Positions 18,669 through 28,853 of a stretch of DNA of 64,000 nt are shown piece after piece; position 1 is the stretch's first letter; the number at the start of each line of letters is the position of its first letter. The DNA lies in contig JAUWMV010000010.1 of the NCBI GenBank assembly GCA_030613005.1, forward strand, positions 5,718 through 69,717, read 5' to 3'. Below the pieces are notes generated by a model. It worked only from the letters and a program-made list of their open reading frames with translations. It searched no databases and was not told the origin of the DNA. The stretch comes from a bacterium. Lineage in GTDB: Bacteria; UBP14; UBA6098; B30-G16. A program made the position numbers and the translations under genes.

Positions 18669-19893
18669 CGGTTAGAATATCTATAGTAACACCCATAGTT
18701 TCAAGCTTAATTTTCGCTACCCATTTGTCGATCGACTCTGGAACGTTGTGAACCTTGTGTAGAAAATCTCCCTTTTTCTTCACCACGAATTCGGCAGTCA
18801 AAGCTTGCAACGCGAACGACATATCCATAACTGCAGCAGGATGTCCTTCCGCCATGGCTAAATTAACCAGACGACCCTGAGCAAGAACGAAAACGCTTTT
18901 CCCGGTGGGCATTATATACTGATCAACCAAAGGTCGGGAATCTCTTTTTATCTCGATGGCTGTTTTTTCGAGTCCAGAAATATCTAACTCAACGTTAAAA
19001 TGTCCTGTATTGCAAACAATTACACCATCTTTCATAAGTTCAAAATGTTCAGCTCGAATAACATTAATATCACCAGTAGCCGTAATGAAAAAGTCACCAA
19101 TTTTAGCTGCCTCAAACATCGTCATAACTTCAAAACCATCCATTCGAGCCTCGAGAGCCTTAACTGGATTTACCTCAGTAACAATAACCTGTGCACCCAT
19201 TCCTTTTGCTCTCTTAGCAACACCACGACCGCACCAACCGTAACCAGCAACAACAAATATTGATCCAGCAAGAAGCCTGTTTGTAGCTCGAATAATTCCA
19301 TCGATGCTGGATTGACCTGTGCCATATCTATTATCGAACAGATGTTTTGTTTTTGCGTCATTTATAGAAAACACAGGGAAAAGTAACCTGCCTTCTTTTT
19401 CCAAAGCTTTGAGACGAATTACTCCTGTTGTAGTTTCCTCCATAGAAGCCCAAATGTTTTTGGCTTTTGTATTGGCGTATTTTTGGTGGAGGATTGTAAC
19501 TAAATCAGCACCATCGTCATGAGTTATAGATGGGTCAAACTCGAGACACGATTCTATGTGATTGTAATATGTATCAGTATCTTCGCTCCTAATTGCAAAA
19601 GTAGAAATTCCATAATTATGAACCAATGCAGCAGCAACATCATCTTGAGTTGATAATGGATTGGATGCACACAATCTTACATCAGCACCACCGGCTTTGA
19701 TGGTTCTGAGCAGATTAGCTGTTTCAGAAGTAACGTGTAAACATGCTGCAACTTTAATTCCAGCAAGTGGTTTCTCAGCATCGAAACGCTCACGGATCTT
19801 CCTTAAAACTAACATATCCCTTTCAGCCCATTCAATTCTCTTGACGCCTTGCTCAGCTAACGAAGAATCCTTAATATCATTAGGTATAACCAT
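18625..19893 (-). CDS. ahcY: Adenosylhomocysteinase (S-adenosyl-L-homocysteine hydrolase)
   Basis: 422 aa. NAD-binding and SAHH signature regions (e.g. CNTGHFNVE, VAGYGWCGRG). Confidence 0.9.
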   Translation of the reverse strand: MVIPNDIKDSSLAEQGVKRIEWAERDMLVLRKIRERFDAEKPLAGIKVAACLHVTSETANLLRTIKAGGADVRLCASNPLSTQDDVAAALVHNYGISTFAIRSEDTDTYYNHIESCLEFDPSITHDDGADLVTILHQKYANTKAKNIWASMEETTTGVIRLKALEKEGRLLFPVFSINDAKTKHLFDNRYGTGQSSIDGIIRATNRLLAGSIFVVAGYGWCGRGVAKRAKGMGAQVIVTEVNPVKALEARMDGFEVMTMFEAAKIGDFFITATGDINVIRAEHFELMKDGVIVCNTGHFNVELDISGLEKTAIEIKRDSRPLVDQYIMPTGKSVFVLAQGRLVNLAMAEGHPAAVMDMSFALQALTAEFVVKKKGDFLHKVHNVPESIDKWVAKIKLETMGVTIDILTDEQREYLASWTLGT

Positions 19894-20054
19894 TTTCTCT
19901 CCCTTTTTTTTTATCCTGTGTTAATTTAGGTTACTATTCATATGTAGCAAGATATTTTTAATTAAATGCTCTTATTCGAGTTATTTGAATCTTTTAACTT
20001 GCAAGGTTGAGAAAAATATCTAAAATTATTTTGGGTAATTTAGTGGAGGTCGCA

Positions 20055-20222
20055 ATGATTTCTGACGAACTTTTGAAGATATTAATATGTCCTAAGTGTA
20101 AAGGTCCCATTGAATACATAACAAAACCAGAAGAAAAGATAATTTGCAGAACATGCAAATTAGTATATGAGGTTAAAGATAACATTCCAGTGATGCTTCC
20201 CGATGAGGCAAAACCTATGTAA
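20055..20222 (+). CDS. Trm112/YcaR-family small zinc-ribbon-like protein
   Basis: [17 protein letters not shown]...PVMLPDEA matches the Trm112p-like/UPF0434 pattern. GGAGG Shine-Dalgarno before the ATG at 20055. Confidence 0.6.
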   Translation: MISDELLKILICPKCKGPIEYITKPEEKIICRTCKLVYEVKDNIPVMLPDEAKPM

Positions 20223-20241
20223 AAAATGATTGGAGGTAATT

Positions 20242-20733
20242 GTGGGAAGCGAACTTGCCGCTCGATTAGCTGCGAGACATTTAAAACTTGCTCAATTTTG
20301 TGGTTTCGACCTCGTCGAACTTAATCTTAAAAGCAAGGGGAAAAAAGGTGTTATAAAAGAAATAGCTAACTTACTTGCAAAATCACATAATGTTGAAAGT
20401 GAGGAAGCTGCACTTGAAGCCTTAATCGAACGTGAGGATTTAGCAAGCACTGGAATTGGATATGGAATAGCAGTTCCTCATGGAAAATCACAGCATTGTA
20501 AAGGATTAACCATAGCTTTCGGTCGTTCTATAAAGGGAGTTAATTTCGGTTCAATAGATGGAGCACCTGTTCATTACTTATTCGGAATTCTTGTTCCTAT
20601 TACCTCAGTACAGTTGCATCTACAGATTATGGCAAGTCTGTCACTTCTTCTGCAAGGGGAAAAAAATCGTAAATGTCTTGAGACTGCACAGTTCCCACAA
20701 GAGATCCTGGATTTTCTTGACGGAAAAGAATAA
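20242..20733 (+). CDS. PTS EIIA type-2 domain protein, PtsN (EIIA-Ntr)-like
   Basis: GIAVPHGKS active-site His region and overall fructose/mannitol-type EIIA architecture. Likely GTG start at 20242 with a GGAGG Shine-Dalgarno. Confidence 0.65.
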   Translation: MGSELAARLAARHLKLAQFCGFDLVELNLKSKGKKGVIKEIANLLAKSHNVESEEAALEALIEREDLASTGIGYGIAVPHGKSQHCKGLTIAFGRSIKGVNFGSIDGAPVHYLFGILVPITSVQLHLQIMASLSLLLQGEKNRKCLETAQFPQEILDFLDGKE

Positions 20734-20804
20734 ATTAGGAGTATTACTAATTATTAAAAATTTGCTTCGAAATTGTGAATCTTTAACTTTAAATTCCATT
20801 TAAT

Positions 20805-21638
20805 ATGGTTAAGAAAACAGAAGGTTCGACAGGAGTGTGGGCTTGGGTTATCTCGCTTTTTTTAGCAGGTATAATTTATATTGCTCCCGAAACCACAAAA
20901 AGCTGGGTCTCTTCCACTGTTAGATACAGCTTGTACACGCCTTTCGTTTGGGTGGATAGACAATATAACCTTTTACAGGACAACTTCTCCAGATATATCA
21001 AGGTTTATCGTGAAATGGGAAGATCAAAGATAGAACTGGAAATGCTTAAGGAAATTCGAGAAGAAAACAAGCGTCTTAGAGCTCTTCTAAAATTCAGGGA
21101 AAGCAACGAGTTCTCAATGGTTGTAGGAGAGGTTATCGGAAATGCACGCAATCGTTTCCCATCTGAACTCACAATTTCGAGAGGTACGGACTATAATATC
21201 GAAAAAGATGATCCTGTTGTTATATCGGAAGGATTAATCGGCAGAATTGTGAATGTTGGTCCAAATACATCCATTGCGAAAATATTTCCCAACCCCGCAT
21301 TGAGAATATCTGCAGTGGATCAACGAAGTAGAGTTAAGGGAATTGTTAGCTCAAGAAATGGCAGAGAACTTTTCCTAGAACAAGTTTCCAAAGAAGAAGA
21401 TATTGCAGTTGGCGACAGAATTGTTACCTCTGGATTGGGTGGTGTATATCCAAAAGGTTTGCCTATTGGTCGAGTGGTTCAAATTACTGATCCTCCACAA
21501 TCGATGTTTAAGGAAATTATAATTTCACCTTTGGTTTCAACGGACAAGTTAGAAGAATTATTTGTAATAATAGATTTTAATCCGGATACATTAGTCGTTG
21601 ACAGTTTAGAAAATACAACTAAAAAGGAGGAATTATGA
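20805..21638 (+). CDS. mreC: Rod shape-determining protein MreC
   Basis: N-terminal TM, coiled-coil region (IELEMLKEIREENKRLRALL), C-terminal MreC beta-domain motifs (GLIGRIVNVGP...TSGLGGVYPKGLPIGRV). No mreB or mreD flanking. Confidence 0.8.
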   Translation: MVKKTEGSTGVWAWVISLFLAGIIYIAPETTKSWVSSTVRYSLYTPFVWVDRQYNLLQDNFSRYIKVYREMGRSKIELEMLKEIREENKRLRALLKFRESNEFSMVVGEVIGNARNRFPSELTISRGTDYNIEKDDPVVISEGLIGRIVNVGPNTSIAKIFPNPALRISAVDQRSRVKGIVSSRNGRELFLEQVSKEEDIAVGDRIVTSGLGGVYPKGLPIGRVVQITDPPQSMFKEIIISPLVSTDKLEELFVIIDFNPDTLVVDSLENTTKKEEL

Positions 21639-22099
21639 TTGAGTTCAAGAACATTCTAACCCCTTGTGATTTATCAGAGAATGCAAGAATCGCCCTGCCT
21701 TTCGCTGTAGACCTAGCAAGGAAATATAACGCTATAATTCATATCCTTCACGTTTTCGATGAGCAGCTTTTGAGTCCTATCTACTTTGAAGCTGGTGGTA
21801 CCTCTCAGGAGTATTATGATAAACTTCAGGAGGAGTTTAGCTCAGCTTTAAAAACATTCATTGGGAACACAAATATTGAGGGTGTTGAGATTGAAAAAAA
21901 ACTTATCAGCGGGAATCCTTTTGTGGAAATAGTAAGATATGCACGTAAAGCATCTATAGATCTCATCGTCATGTCGACCCATGGAAGAACTGGTCTTATG
22001 CATACTTTAATGGGAAGTGTCGCGGAAAAGGTGAGCAGAAAAGCCCCATGTCCTGTTCTAACAATTAGAGCACCCGATTTTAAATTTGTTATGCCATAA
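21635..22099 (+). CDS. Universal stress protein (UspA family)
   Basis: ILHV...MSTHGRTGLMHTLMGSVAEKVSRKAPCPVL C-terminal ATP-binding motif. Confidence 0.8.
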   Translation: MIEFKNILTPCDLSENARIALPFAVDLARKYNAIIHILHVFDEQLLSPIYFEAGGTSQEYYDKLQEEFSSALKTFIGNTNIEGVEIEKKLISGNPFVEIVRYARKASIDLIVMSTHGRTGLMHTLMGSVAEKVSRKAPCPVLTIRAPDFKFVMP

Positions 22100-22111
22100 A
22101 AGGAGCTTTTA

Positions 22112-22600
22112 ATGGTATTAAAATTGGAATCTATTCCAATAGAATTCCCAGATGAATGTAATATAATTTTGGGTCAATCACATTTTATCAAGTCTGTGGA
22201 AGACATTCACGAGCTTATGGTCAACTGTAACGCTAATGTGGTCTTCGGCTTTGCATTTTCTGAGGCGTCAGGAGCAAAATTAGTACGCACAAGTGGAACA
22301 GATACTGAATTGACAAAAATTGCAGCGGAAAATATCATGCACTTAGGATGCGGACATTCTTTTCTGATAATAATAAGGGATTCCTTTCCAATTAATTATC
22401 TTCCGCGGCTTAAGCAGGTTCCTGAGGTTGTTAATATTTTCTGTGCAACTTCAAATCCAGTGGATGTAATTATAGTTCGAACTGACAATGGTGGTGCAAT
22501 TCTGGGAGTCGTCGATGGTTATTCACCGGTTGGAATTGAAGATGAAAAAGGCATCGATTGGCGACACAATTTCTTGAGGAATATCGGATATAAAAAATAA
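22112..22600 (+). CDS. Adenosine-specific kinase family protein (PF04008-like)
   Basis: Length ~160 aa. CNIILGQSHFIKSVEDIHE...VPEVVNIFCATSNP...FLRNIGYK resembles this family from memory. Not verified. Confidence 0.45.
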   Translation: MVLKLESIPIEFPDECNIILGQSHFIKSVEDIHELMVNCNANVVFGFAFSEASGAKLVRTSGTDTELTKIAAENIMHLGCGHSFLIIIRDSFPINYLPRLKQVPEVVNIFCATSNPVDVIIVRTDNGGAILGVVDGYSPVGIEDEKGIDWRHNFLRNIGYKK

Positions 22601-22708
22601 AAAGCTAAATACACATTTGAAATAGATAAATCCTCACCTGAACTTAAAAATGATTTTCGATAGTGATAATTTATCTAATGAGAATTTCCAGTTTTCCAAA
22701 GGAAATCT

Positions 22709-23113
22709 ATGATAAAAAAAGTCGCAATAATTCAGGGTAGTAAAAGTGACGATAACCTCGGTGATAATTGTGCAGAAGTATTATCAAAATATAATATTTC
22801 TTTCGATAGATTTATTATTTCCGCGCATAGAGATCCCGAGGAATTAGCACAATTTTGTAAATCTGCAGGAGATGGATACGGAATAATAATTGCTATTGCA
22901 GGACTTTCCGCTGCTCTTCCTGGTGTTATAGCCTCACAAACAACAATTCCTGTAATAGGCGTACCAGCAGACCACGGTCCTCTTAAGGGAATCGATGCTC
23001 TTCTCGCAATTGCACAAATGCCCTCGGGAATACCTGTGGCATGTATGGGAATCGGCAGGTCAGGGGCTAAGAATGCCGCTCATTTAGCTGCAAGGATTTT
23101 AAATAAGACATAA
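22709..23113 (+). CDS. purE: N5-carboxyaminoimidazole ribonucleotide mutase PurE
   Basis: VAIIQGSKSD...SAHRDP...IIAIAGLSAALPGVIASQTTIPVIGVP...MPSGIPVACMGIG. Confidence 0.9.
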   Translation: MIKKVAIIQGSKSDDNLGDNCAEVLSKYNISFDRFIISAHRDPEELAQFCKSAGDGYGIIIAIAGLSAALPGVIASQTTIPVIGVPADHGPLKGIDALLAIAQMPSGIPVACMGIGRSGAKNAAHLAARILNKT

Positions 23114-23162
23114 TTTGTGAAAATATATAGAAAACACCCCTTTAAACTTCAAAATTAACAAA

Positions 23163-23182
23163 GGGGGATTTCTTTATCCCCC
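23163..23182. terminator. Hairpin GGGGGAT-TTCTTT-ATCCCCC between convergent purE and the 23214..24137 gene; T-rich on minus-strand side
   Basis: Perfect 7-bp stem. Minus-strand flank is TTTGTTAATTTTG. Confidence 0.4.
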
Positions 23183-23213
23183 ATGTATCAGAATTACTTG
23201 CAAGAATCGTTTA

Positions 23214-24137
23214 TTATTTAATATATAAGATTCTTTTTGATGCAGTCTGATTATCAACTGCCGCTCGAATAAAATAGACTCCGCTTTCTACCGATTTATT
23301 GGGATGCCAAACTATCGATTTGCGATTAGTATTCAGACACGACCAAATCAATCTTCCCTGAAGATCGATTATCTCAACTGTAGCGTGCTTAGGAGCTATG
23401 ATATTACATGCCGAATTAAATGGATTTGGAGTCACATCGATAGAAATATTTCGAGGTATATTTGTTAGAGCTTCGTCTATATCGCCAGTTCCATAACTAA
23501 GCAGCACTTCAATTATTTCGGTTGAATCAAAAGGATCGAGATACCAATTTTTTATTCTACCAACATCCTTAGCAAGCCACCAATACTGTTCTCCCCATTC
23601 AGTATTATCTGCATATATAGTATCGATACCTGAAAGAACTATATAAAATTCTTCTTGTATGATTTGCAACTTAACACAATCTGTAAATGAACCAGCAGGA
23701 ACACTGACATCTTCAAAAAAAATTGCACGAAAGTTCACAGACCAATGTTCAATATTCGTATACATTGAATCTACCCATGTTGTATCATGACTATAAACAA
23801 CCCATGAATCTCCAATATTAAAGGTATTGGGGAACATCTTCATTGTCATTGTATCAGGGAAATCTATTTCAATAAACCAAATACCATCAGGTCGAGTCTG
23901 ATAATATGTTGTATCTTCTGATCCCTCCCAGAGATCCACCCAAACGTAAGTTTTATAGCCTGACATTCTAATTGTGTCTACTATTGTTATAATACCGGTA
24001 TCCTTTCCAGACTCAGAGGAATCCTCATATGTCCAAGTATTACCGATTTCTAAAGGAAAATAATCTCTCGCATTGAGTGCAAATGCAGAAAATACTGGTA
24101 TTATAAGAAGCAATACTACTATTCCCTTGAATTTCAT
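23214..24137 (-). CDS. Secreted protein with T9SS C-terminal sorting domain
   Basis: Signal peptide. C-terminal NPFNSACNI...VEIIDLQGRL...GVYFIRAAV...ILYIK pattern typical of Por/T9SS CTD. Confidence 0.6.
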   Translation of the reverse strand: MKFKGIVVLLLIIPVFSAFALNARDYFPLEIGNTWTYEDSSESGKDTGIITIVDTIRMSGYKTYVWVDLWEGSEDTTYYQTRPDGIWFIEIDFPDTMTMKMFPNTFNIGDSWVVYSHDTTWVDSMYTNIEHWSVNFRAIFFEDVSVPAGSFTDCVKLQIIQEEFYIVLSGIDTIYADNTEWGEQYWWLAKDVGRIKNWYLDPFDSTEIIEVLLSYGTGDIDEALTNIPRNISIDVTPNPFNSACNIIAPKHATVEIIDLQGRLIWSCLNTNRKSIVWHPNKSVESGVYFIRAAVDNQTASKRILYIK

Positions 24138-24472
24138 AATTACTCCTTTCTTAATTGTTGTTTCTCACAGAATCACAAATTTAATTAATAAAAAATAGAA
24201 TTTAAAATCAAGAAAAAAAAGAATTTAAAATTTAAAATTCTTCCTATTCAACAAAGTGAAGTTTACACAATTAAACAAATACATAGCATGTATATTAGCT
24301 TTTCTTCATGTTTCTCCTTCATATATTTTCTTAATAAAAATTAGAATTTTAAGAAAACCATGAAATAAAACATCGAATACAAAACATTTTCACTATCGTC
24401 AACTTGCAAATAACGAAATTATTATGTAATTTATAAATCGATTTGTACAGTTTGGAAACTAAGGAGATAAAA

Positions 24473-27109
24473 ATGCGCTCAGAACAAGTCCGAAAATTAT
24501 TCTTAGAATTCTTCAGGGAACGTGGTCATACGGTTGTTCCTTCTGCACAGATAGTACCTATTAATGATCCTACTCTTCTTTTTTCCAACGCTGGTATGAA
24601 CCAGTTTAAAGATATACTCATAGGCAAGAATGCCAGTCCTTACAATCCACCGAGAGCCACATCGGCTCAGAAGTGCATTAGAGTCTCCGGAAAGCACAAC
24701 GATCTCGAGGAAGTTGGTCGCGATGCGTGCCATCATACTTTTTTCGAGATGTTAGGGAATTGGTCCTTCGGAGATTATTTCAAGGTAGAAGCGATAAAAT
24801 GGGCATGGGAACTTATTACTGAAATCTACAAACTTCCAAAAGAAAATCTTTGGGCGGCAGTCCATAAGAACGATGATGAGTCGGCTAAAATTTGGGAGAA
24901 AGAAATTGGCTTGCCGTCGGAAAGAATCGTATCATGTGGAGATAAAGATAACTTTTGGGATATGGCGGATACTGGTCCATGTGGACCGACAACCGAAATT
25001 CATTTCGATTGGGGTGAAGAGATCGACCCAAATGGATTACCTAACTCTTCCAAGCGTTTCGTAGAAGTATGGAATATTGTTTTCATGCAATACTTTCGAG
25101 AAAAATCCGGAAAATTGCATCCTCTACCAGCAAAAAACGTTGATACAGGCTTGGGATTCGAGCGCCTTGTTGCAATTCTTCAAGGAACAGACGATAATTA
25201 CAAAACAGATATATTTAGACCATTAATGGATATGATCTCTGAGATAAGCGGTTTCGAATACGATGAAAATGAGGATATAACGATGGCTTTCAGAGTCTTG
25301 GCAGATCATATTAGAGCAATATCTTTTGCAATAGCCGACGGTGCACTCCCCGGTAATACTGGTCGCGGCTATGTACTGAGAAGGATTCTCAGAAGAGCTA
25401 GTAGATTTTCAAGAATTCTCGGAGTGCATGATCCCATGCTTTACAAGCTTGTTACTCCGTTAGTAGATAAAATGGGCGATGTCTATACTGAACTCAAAGA
25501 CAGAGTCGATCTAATTGCACGAGTTGTTAAATCTGAAGAGGAAAGATTCAGCAAGACTTTGGATTTTGGCCTCGAGCTGTTTGAGAAAATAGCAAAACGC
25601 GTTAAAAGTACCCAACAAACAACAATATCTAGTGAGGATGCTTTTAAACTTTATGACACGTATGGATTCCCATTAGATTTGACTTCCTTGATGGCTGAAG
25701 AGAAAGGATTAACGGTTGATTTGCTTGGATTCGATAAACTGATGAGCCAACAACGAAAGAGAGCAAGAACTGCAACAGAATTCGACATAACACACCAGAA
25801 AAAGGAAGAATGGTTACGTATAACAAGCGGATCAGAAAATAAATCACTCTGTTATGAATCCGAATCGGAAATGGCTGAAATAAGATGTCTGAGAGCTTTG
25901 AGTGATGATAAAATTGAAGTCGTTCTCTCGCAAACACCATTTTATGCTGAGTCTGGCGGACAGGTTGGTGATACAGGAAAGATAATAGGCGATACTTTCG
26001 AATTGGATGTTATCGACACTCAATTCGAAGGCATCCACATTGCACATATATGTAAGGTGAAAGGTAATATGGGAAATCTTTTCACCGCGATAAAATTAAA
26101 TCCTGAAGTAAAAGTCAGCATAGATCACAAACGTCGAGAAGGAATTCGTAGAAATCATACTGCCACTCATTTGCTGCATAAAGCCTTGCGAGAAATTCTC
26201 GGTGATCACATACATCAGGCTGGGTCCTTAGTAGCTACTAATAGACTGAGGTTTGATTATACACACTTCGATTCTCCAGACACAGAACAACTCAACAAAA
26301 TCGAGAAATTTGTGAATGATATCGTTATGCAGAATTTACCCGTAGATATTACAATTTCATCGTTTGATGAAGCTATATCTCAGGGTGCAATTGCGCTCTT
26401 CGGTGAAAAATATGGAGAAAAGGTTCGTGTAGTAACTGTGGGTGACTATTCAATAGAGCTATGCGCTGGAACTCATCTGGATTATACGGGTCAGATAGGT
26501 CTTTTTGTGCTATTGCATGAGGAAAGCATTGGTTCCGGAATGCGCAGAATCGAGGCTTTAACTGGCGAAGAAGCATATAAATACTTCAATTCGATTAAAA
26601 ACAGATTCCAACAATTAGAGCAAAAACTTCATTCGACAGGAGATGATGTACTAGAAAAGATAGAGAAAATGGAGAATCAAATAACCGAATTAAGAAAAAT
26701 AACCGACCAAATTTCCAATAAGCGGATAAAGAATGAAGCAGAGCTATTACTTAATAATGCCACACTTTTTAACGACTCAAAGATAATAGTATCGATAATT
26801 GATGCGAAAAACAAAGAGGAAATTCAAGCCGCAATGAAATTCCTTGAAAATAAAATCGAATCTGGTGTTATTTTCCTTAGTGCAGCATTTGGAAATGAGA
26901 AGGTTGCGTTTATGTGCCGTATCTCTGGGGATATTATTGACAATAAAGGGCTTAATGCAGGTGATCTCGTTAAACTCGCAGCTAAAATTACAGGTGGTGG
27001 TGGCGGAGGAAGACCAGATTTCGCTCAAGCGGGTGGTAAAGACATATCGAAAATAAATCAAGCTGTCAATACTGTTAGAAAAAAAATTGAAAATATATTT
27101 ATAAACTGA
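24473..27109 (+). CDS. alaS: Alanine--tRNA ligase
   Basis: Class II aaRS motifs, editing-domain HxxxH...CxxxH and C-terminal DHHA1 GGGGG. ATG at 24473 after an AAGGAG Shine-Dalgarno. Confidence 0.95.
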   Translation: MRSEQVRKLFLEFFRERGHTVVPSAQIVPINDPTLLFSNAGMNQFKDILIGKNASPYNPPRATSAQKCIRVSGKHNDLEEVGRDACHHTFFEMLGNWSFGDYFKVEAIKWAWELITEIYKLPKENLWAAVHKNDDESAKIWEKEIGLPSERIVSCGDKDNFWDMADTGPCGPTTEIHFDWGEEIDPNGLPNSSKRFVEVWNIVFMQYFREKSGKLHPLPAKNVDTGLGFERLVAILQGTDDNYKTDIFRPLMDMISEISGFEYDENEDITMAFRVLADHIRAISFAIADGALPGNTGRGYVLRRILRRASRFSRILGVHDPMLYKLVTPLVDKMGDVYTELKDRVDLIARVVKSEEERFSKTLDFGLELFEKIAKRVKSTQQTTISSEDAFKLYDTYGFPLDLTSLMAEEKGLTVDLLGFDKLMSQQRKRARTATEFDITHQKKEEWLRITSGSENKSLCYESESEMAEIRCLRALSDDKIEVVLSQTPFYAESGGQVGDTGKIIGDTFELDVIDTQFEGIHIAHICKVKGNMGNLFTAIKLNPEVKVSIDHKRREGIRRNHTATHLLHKALREILGDHIHQAGSLVATNRLRFDYTHFDSPDTEQLNKIEKFVNDIVMQNLPVDITISSFDEAISQGAIALFGEKYGEKVRVVTVGDYSIELCAGTHLDYTGQIGLFVLLHEESIGSGMRRIEALTGEEAYKYFNSIKNRFQQLEQKLHSTGDDVLEKIEKMENQITELRKITDQISNKRIKNEAELLLNNATLFNDSKIIVSIIDAKNKEEIQAAMKFLENKIESGVIFLSAAFGNEKVAFMCRISGDIIDNKGLNAGDLVKLAAKITGGGGGGRPDFAQAGGKDISKINQAVNTVRKKIENIFIN

Positions 27110-27119
27110 GAGGTGAGCT

Positions 27120-28781
27120 ATGCAAAGGATTACCTTTTATGTATGCGTAATAATTTTACTTGCATCTCTGGCATTTCCTCAGGGAGGTATTGTCGAATGC
27201 TGGACAAACGAAGCACAAAAATCCAAAACCACTGTTCAGAAAGTTACTGTTTTCCAAGATAGAGCAATGGTTGAAAGATCCGGAAGAGTTCAAATACCTG
27301 AGGGTGATGGTAAAATCTTTGTAGCTTATCTTCCACAAAATATCGATAAAAATTCAATTCGGGCGAGTGCAAAGGCAAATGTTAAACTAAAACTAAGCAG
27401 CATTGAAATTCATTTTGTTAAGCATACACCAGAATCGATAAAGGCAATTAAAGATTCAATTCAGGAAATCGACGATCGTCTTGCAGAACTTAGAATTCAG
27501 GAAGAGGGATTGAAAATTCGAGACAAATTCCTTCTATCTGTGGCGAATCTGGGTGGTTCAGTGCCTAACGATAAGCATCTGATTATCATTCCAGAAAATC
27601 TCACATCGACTTCTGAATTCCTGAAAACCGAATTGACAAGCAAAGCCGAAGAACAAACGAGTATCAGCGTCGAAAGACGAGAACTCAATAAAAAACGCAG
27701 AGAACTTAACGAGAGACTTATGAATTTAACGGGTGGGAAAGCTGGACGAGGTTATAGGGTTGAGATACCATATAAATCCAAAACAGCAGGCACAGCAGAA
27801 GTTGAAATAAAGTATATTACATATAATACAGTATGGTTTCCAAAGTACGACGCTCGATACAATGAAGAAAGCGAAAAAGTTGAGCTTTCATATTACGGTG
27901 TTGTCAGACAGAGCACTGGGGAAGATTGGGATAACATAGATTTAGTTCTTTCTACTGCTCAACCGCAACTCGGTCTTGATCCTCCTTTTCTTAGCACGTG
28001 GTATTTAAGGCTTTATGCACCCCGACCAATACAAGCATACGGGGTTACAGGAGGAAAAGGACTAGCCCGAGAACTTACTTTTGAAGCATCAGAAGCGAAA
28101 AAATTCGAAAGTCTCGATGAAATCGCTGAATTCGAAACTGCGCGTGCCGTTGTTTCAGGGGAACAAGTCGTTTTCGAAGTTCAAGGAAAGCAGACAATCC
28201 CGGCAGATGGACAAAGCCATACAATTACCATAAGCGAACTTGAATTTAGCGCAGAGAAAAAATTTATCACAGTACCTCGAAGAGACACTCGAGTTTTCAT
28301 AGTTGCAAAAACAACCAACAACTCTGACTATTTATTGCTTCCTGGGAACATATCAGTATTTCAAGGCTCAGAATTTCTTGGCACAAAATACCTGAAGTCG
28401 TCCATTGCTTACAATGAAAAATTCGAACTATCTCTTGGTTCAATTCAAACGATCAAGGTAAAATTCGAAAGAGTAAAAGAATACTCAAAGAAATCGGGCA
28501 TAATAGGACAGAACAAAAAAGACCTTTTTGAATATAAGATAACTTTAACAAGCAATTCACGCTCTAATGTAAATATCGAGATTCGCGATCATATTCCTGT
28601 TTCCACGCTGGACATAATTAAAGTTGAGGATGTAAAATTTAATCCTGAACCAGATTCTAAAAACAAACATTTTCAAGGTGAAGTTATTTGGAATATTCAA
28701 CTCGCTCCCTCGGAGAAAAAGGAAATCAATACTAAATTCACAGTTAAATACCCAAAAGATAAAAATATAATGGGTATCTAA
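27120..28781 (+). CDS. DUF4140/DUF4139 family secreted protein (MuiA-like)
   Basis: Signal peptide. N-terminal VTVFQDRAMVERSG pattern typical of DUF4140. Size ~550 aa. Confidence 0.5.
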   Translation: MQRITFYVCVIILLASLAFPQGGIVECWTNEAQKSKTTVQKVTVFQDRAMVERSGRVQIPEGDGKIFVAYLPQNIDKNSIRASAKANVKLKLSSIEIHFVKHTPESIKAIKDSIQEIDDRLAELRIQEEGLKIRDKFLLSVANLGGSVPNDKHLIIIPENLTSTSEFLKTELTSKAEEQTSISVERRELNKKRRELNERLMNLTGGKAGRGYRVEIPYKSKTAGTAEVEIKYITYNTVWFPKYDARYNEESEKVELSYYGVVRQSTGEDWDNIDLVLSTAQPQLGLDPPFLSTWYLRLYAPRPIQAYGVTGGKGLARELTFEASEAKKFESLDEIAEFETARAVVSGEQVVFEVQGKQTIPADGQSHTITISELEFSAEKKFITVPRRDTRVFIVAKTTNNSDYLLLPGNISVFQGSEFLGTKYLKSSIAYNEKFELSLGSIQTIKVKFERVKEYSKKSGIIGQNKKDLFEYKITLTSNSRSNVNIEIRDHIPVSTLDIIKVEDVKFNPEPDSKNKHFQGEVIWNIQLAPSEKKEINTKFTVKYPKDKNIMGI

Positions 28782-28853
28782 CAGCAAGACACTAAAACAT
28801 TCTAACATTATTTGATTACAAAAGGCAAATTAATATTCCAGAATTAACCAAAT

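Noticed and set aside
23140-23162. Second hairpin CCCCTTT...AAAGGGG downstream of purE
   Set aside because: 7-bp stem with ~21-nt loop is too loose to call. The tighter GGGGGAT/ATCCCCC hairpin next to it is the better candidate.
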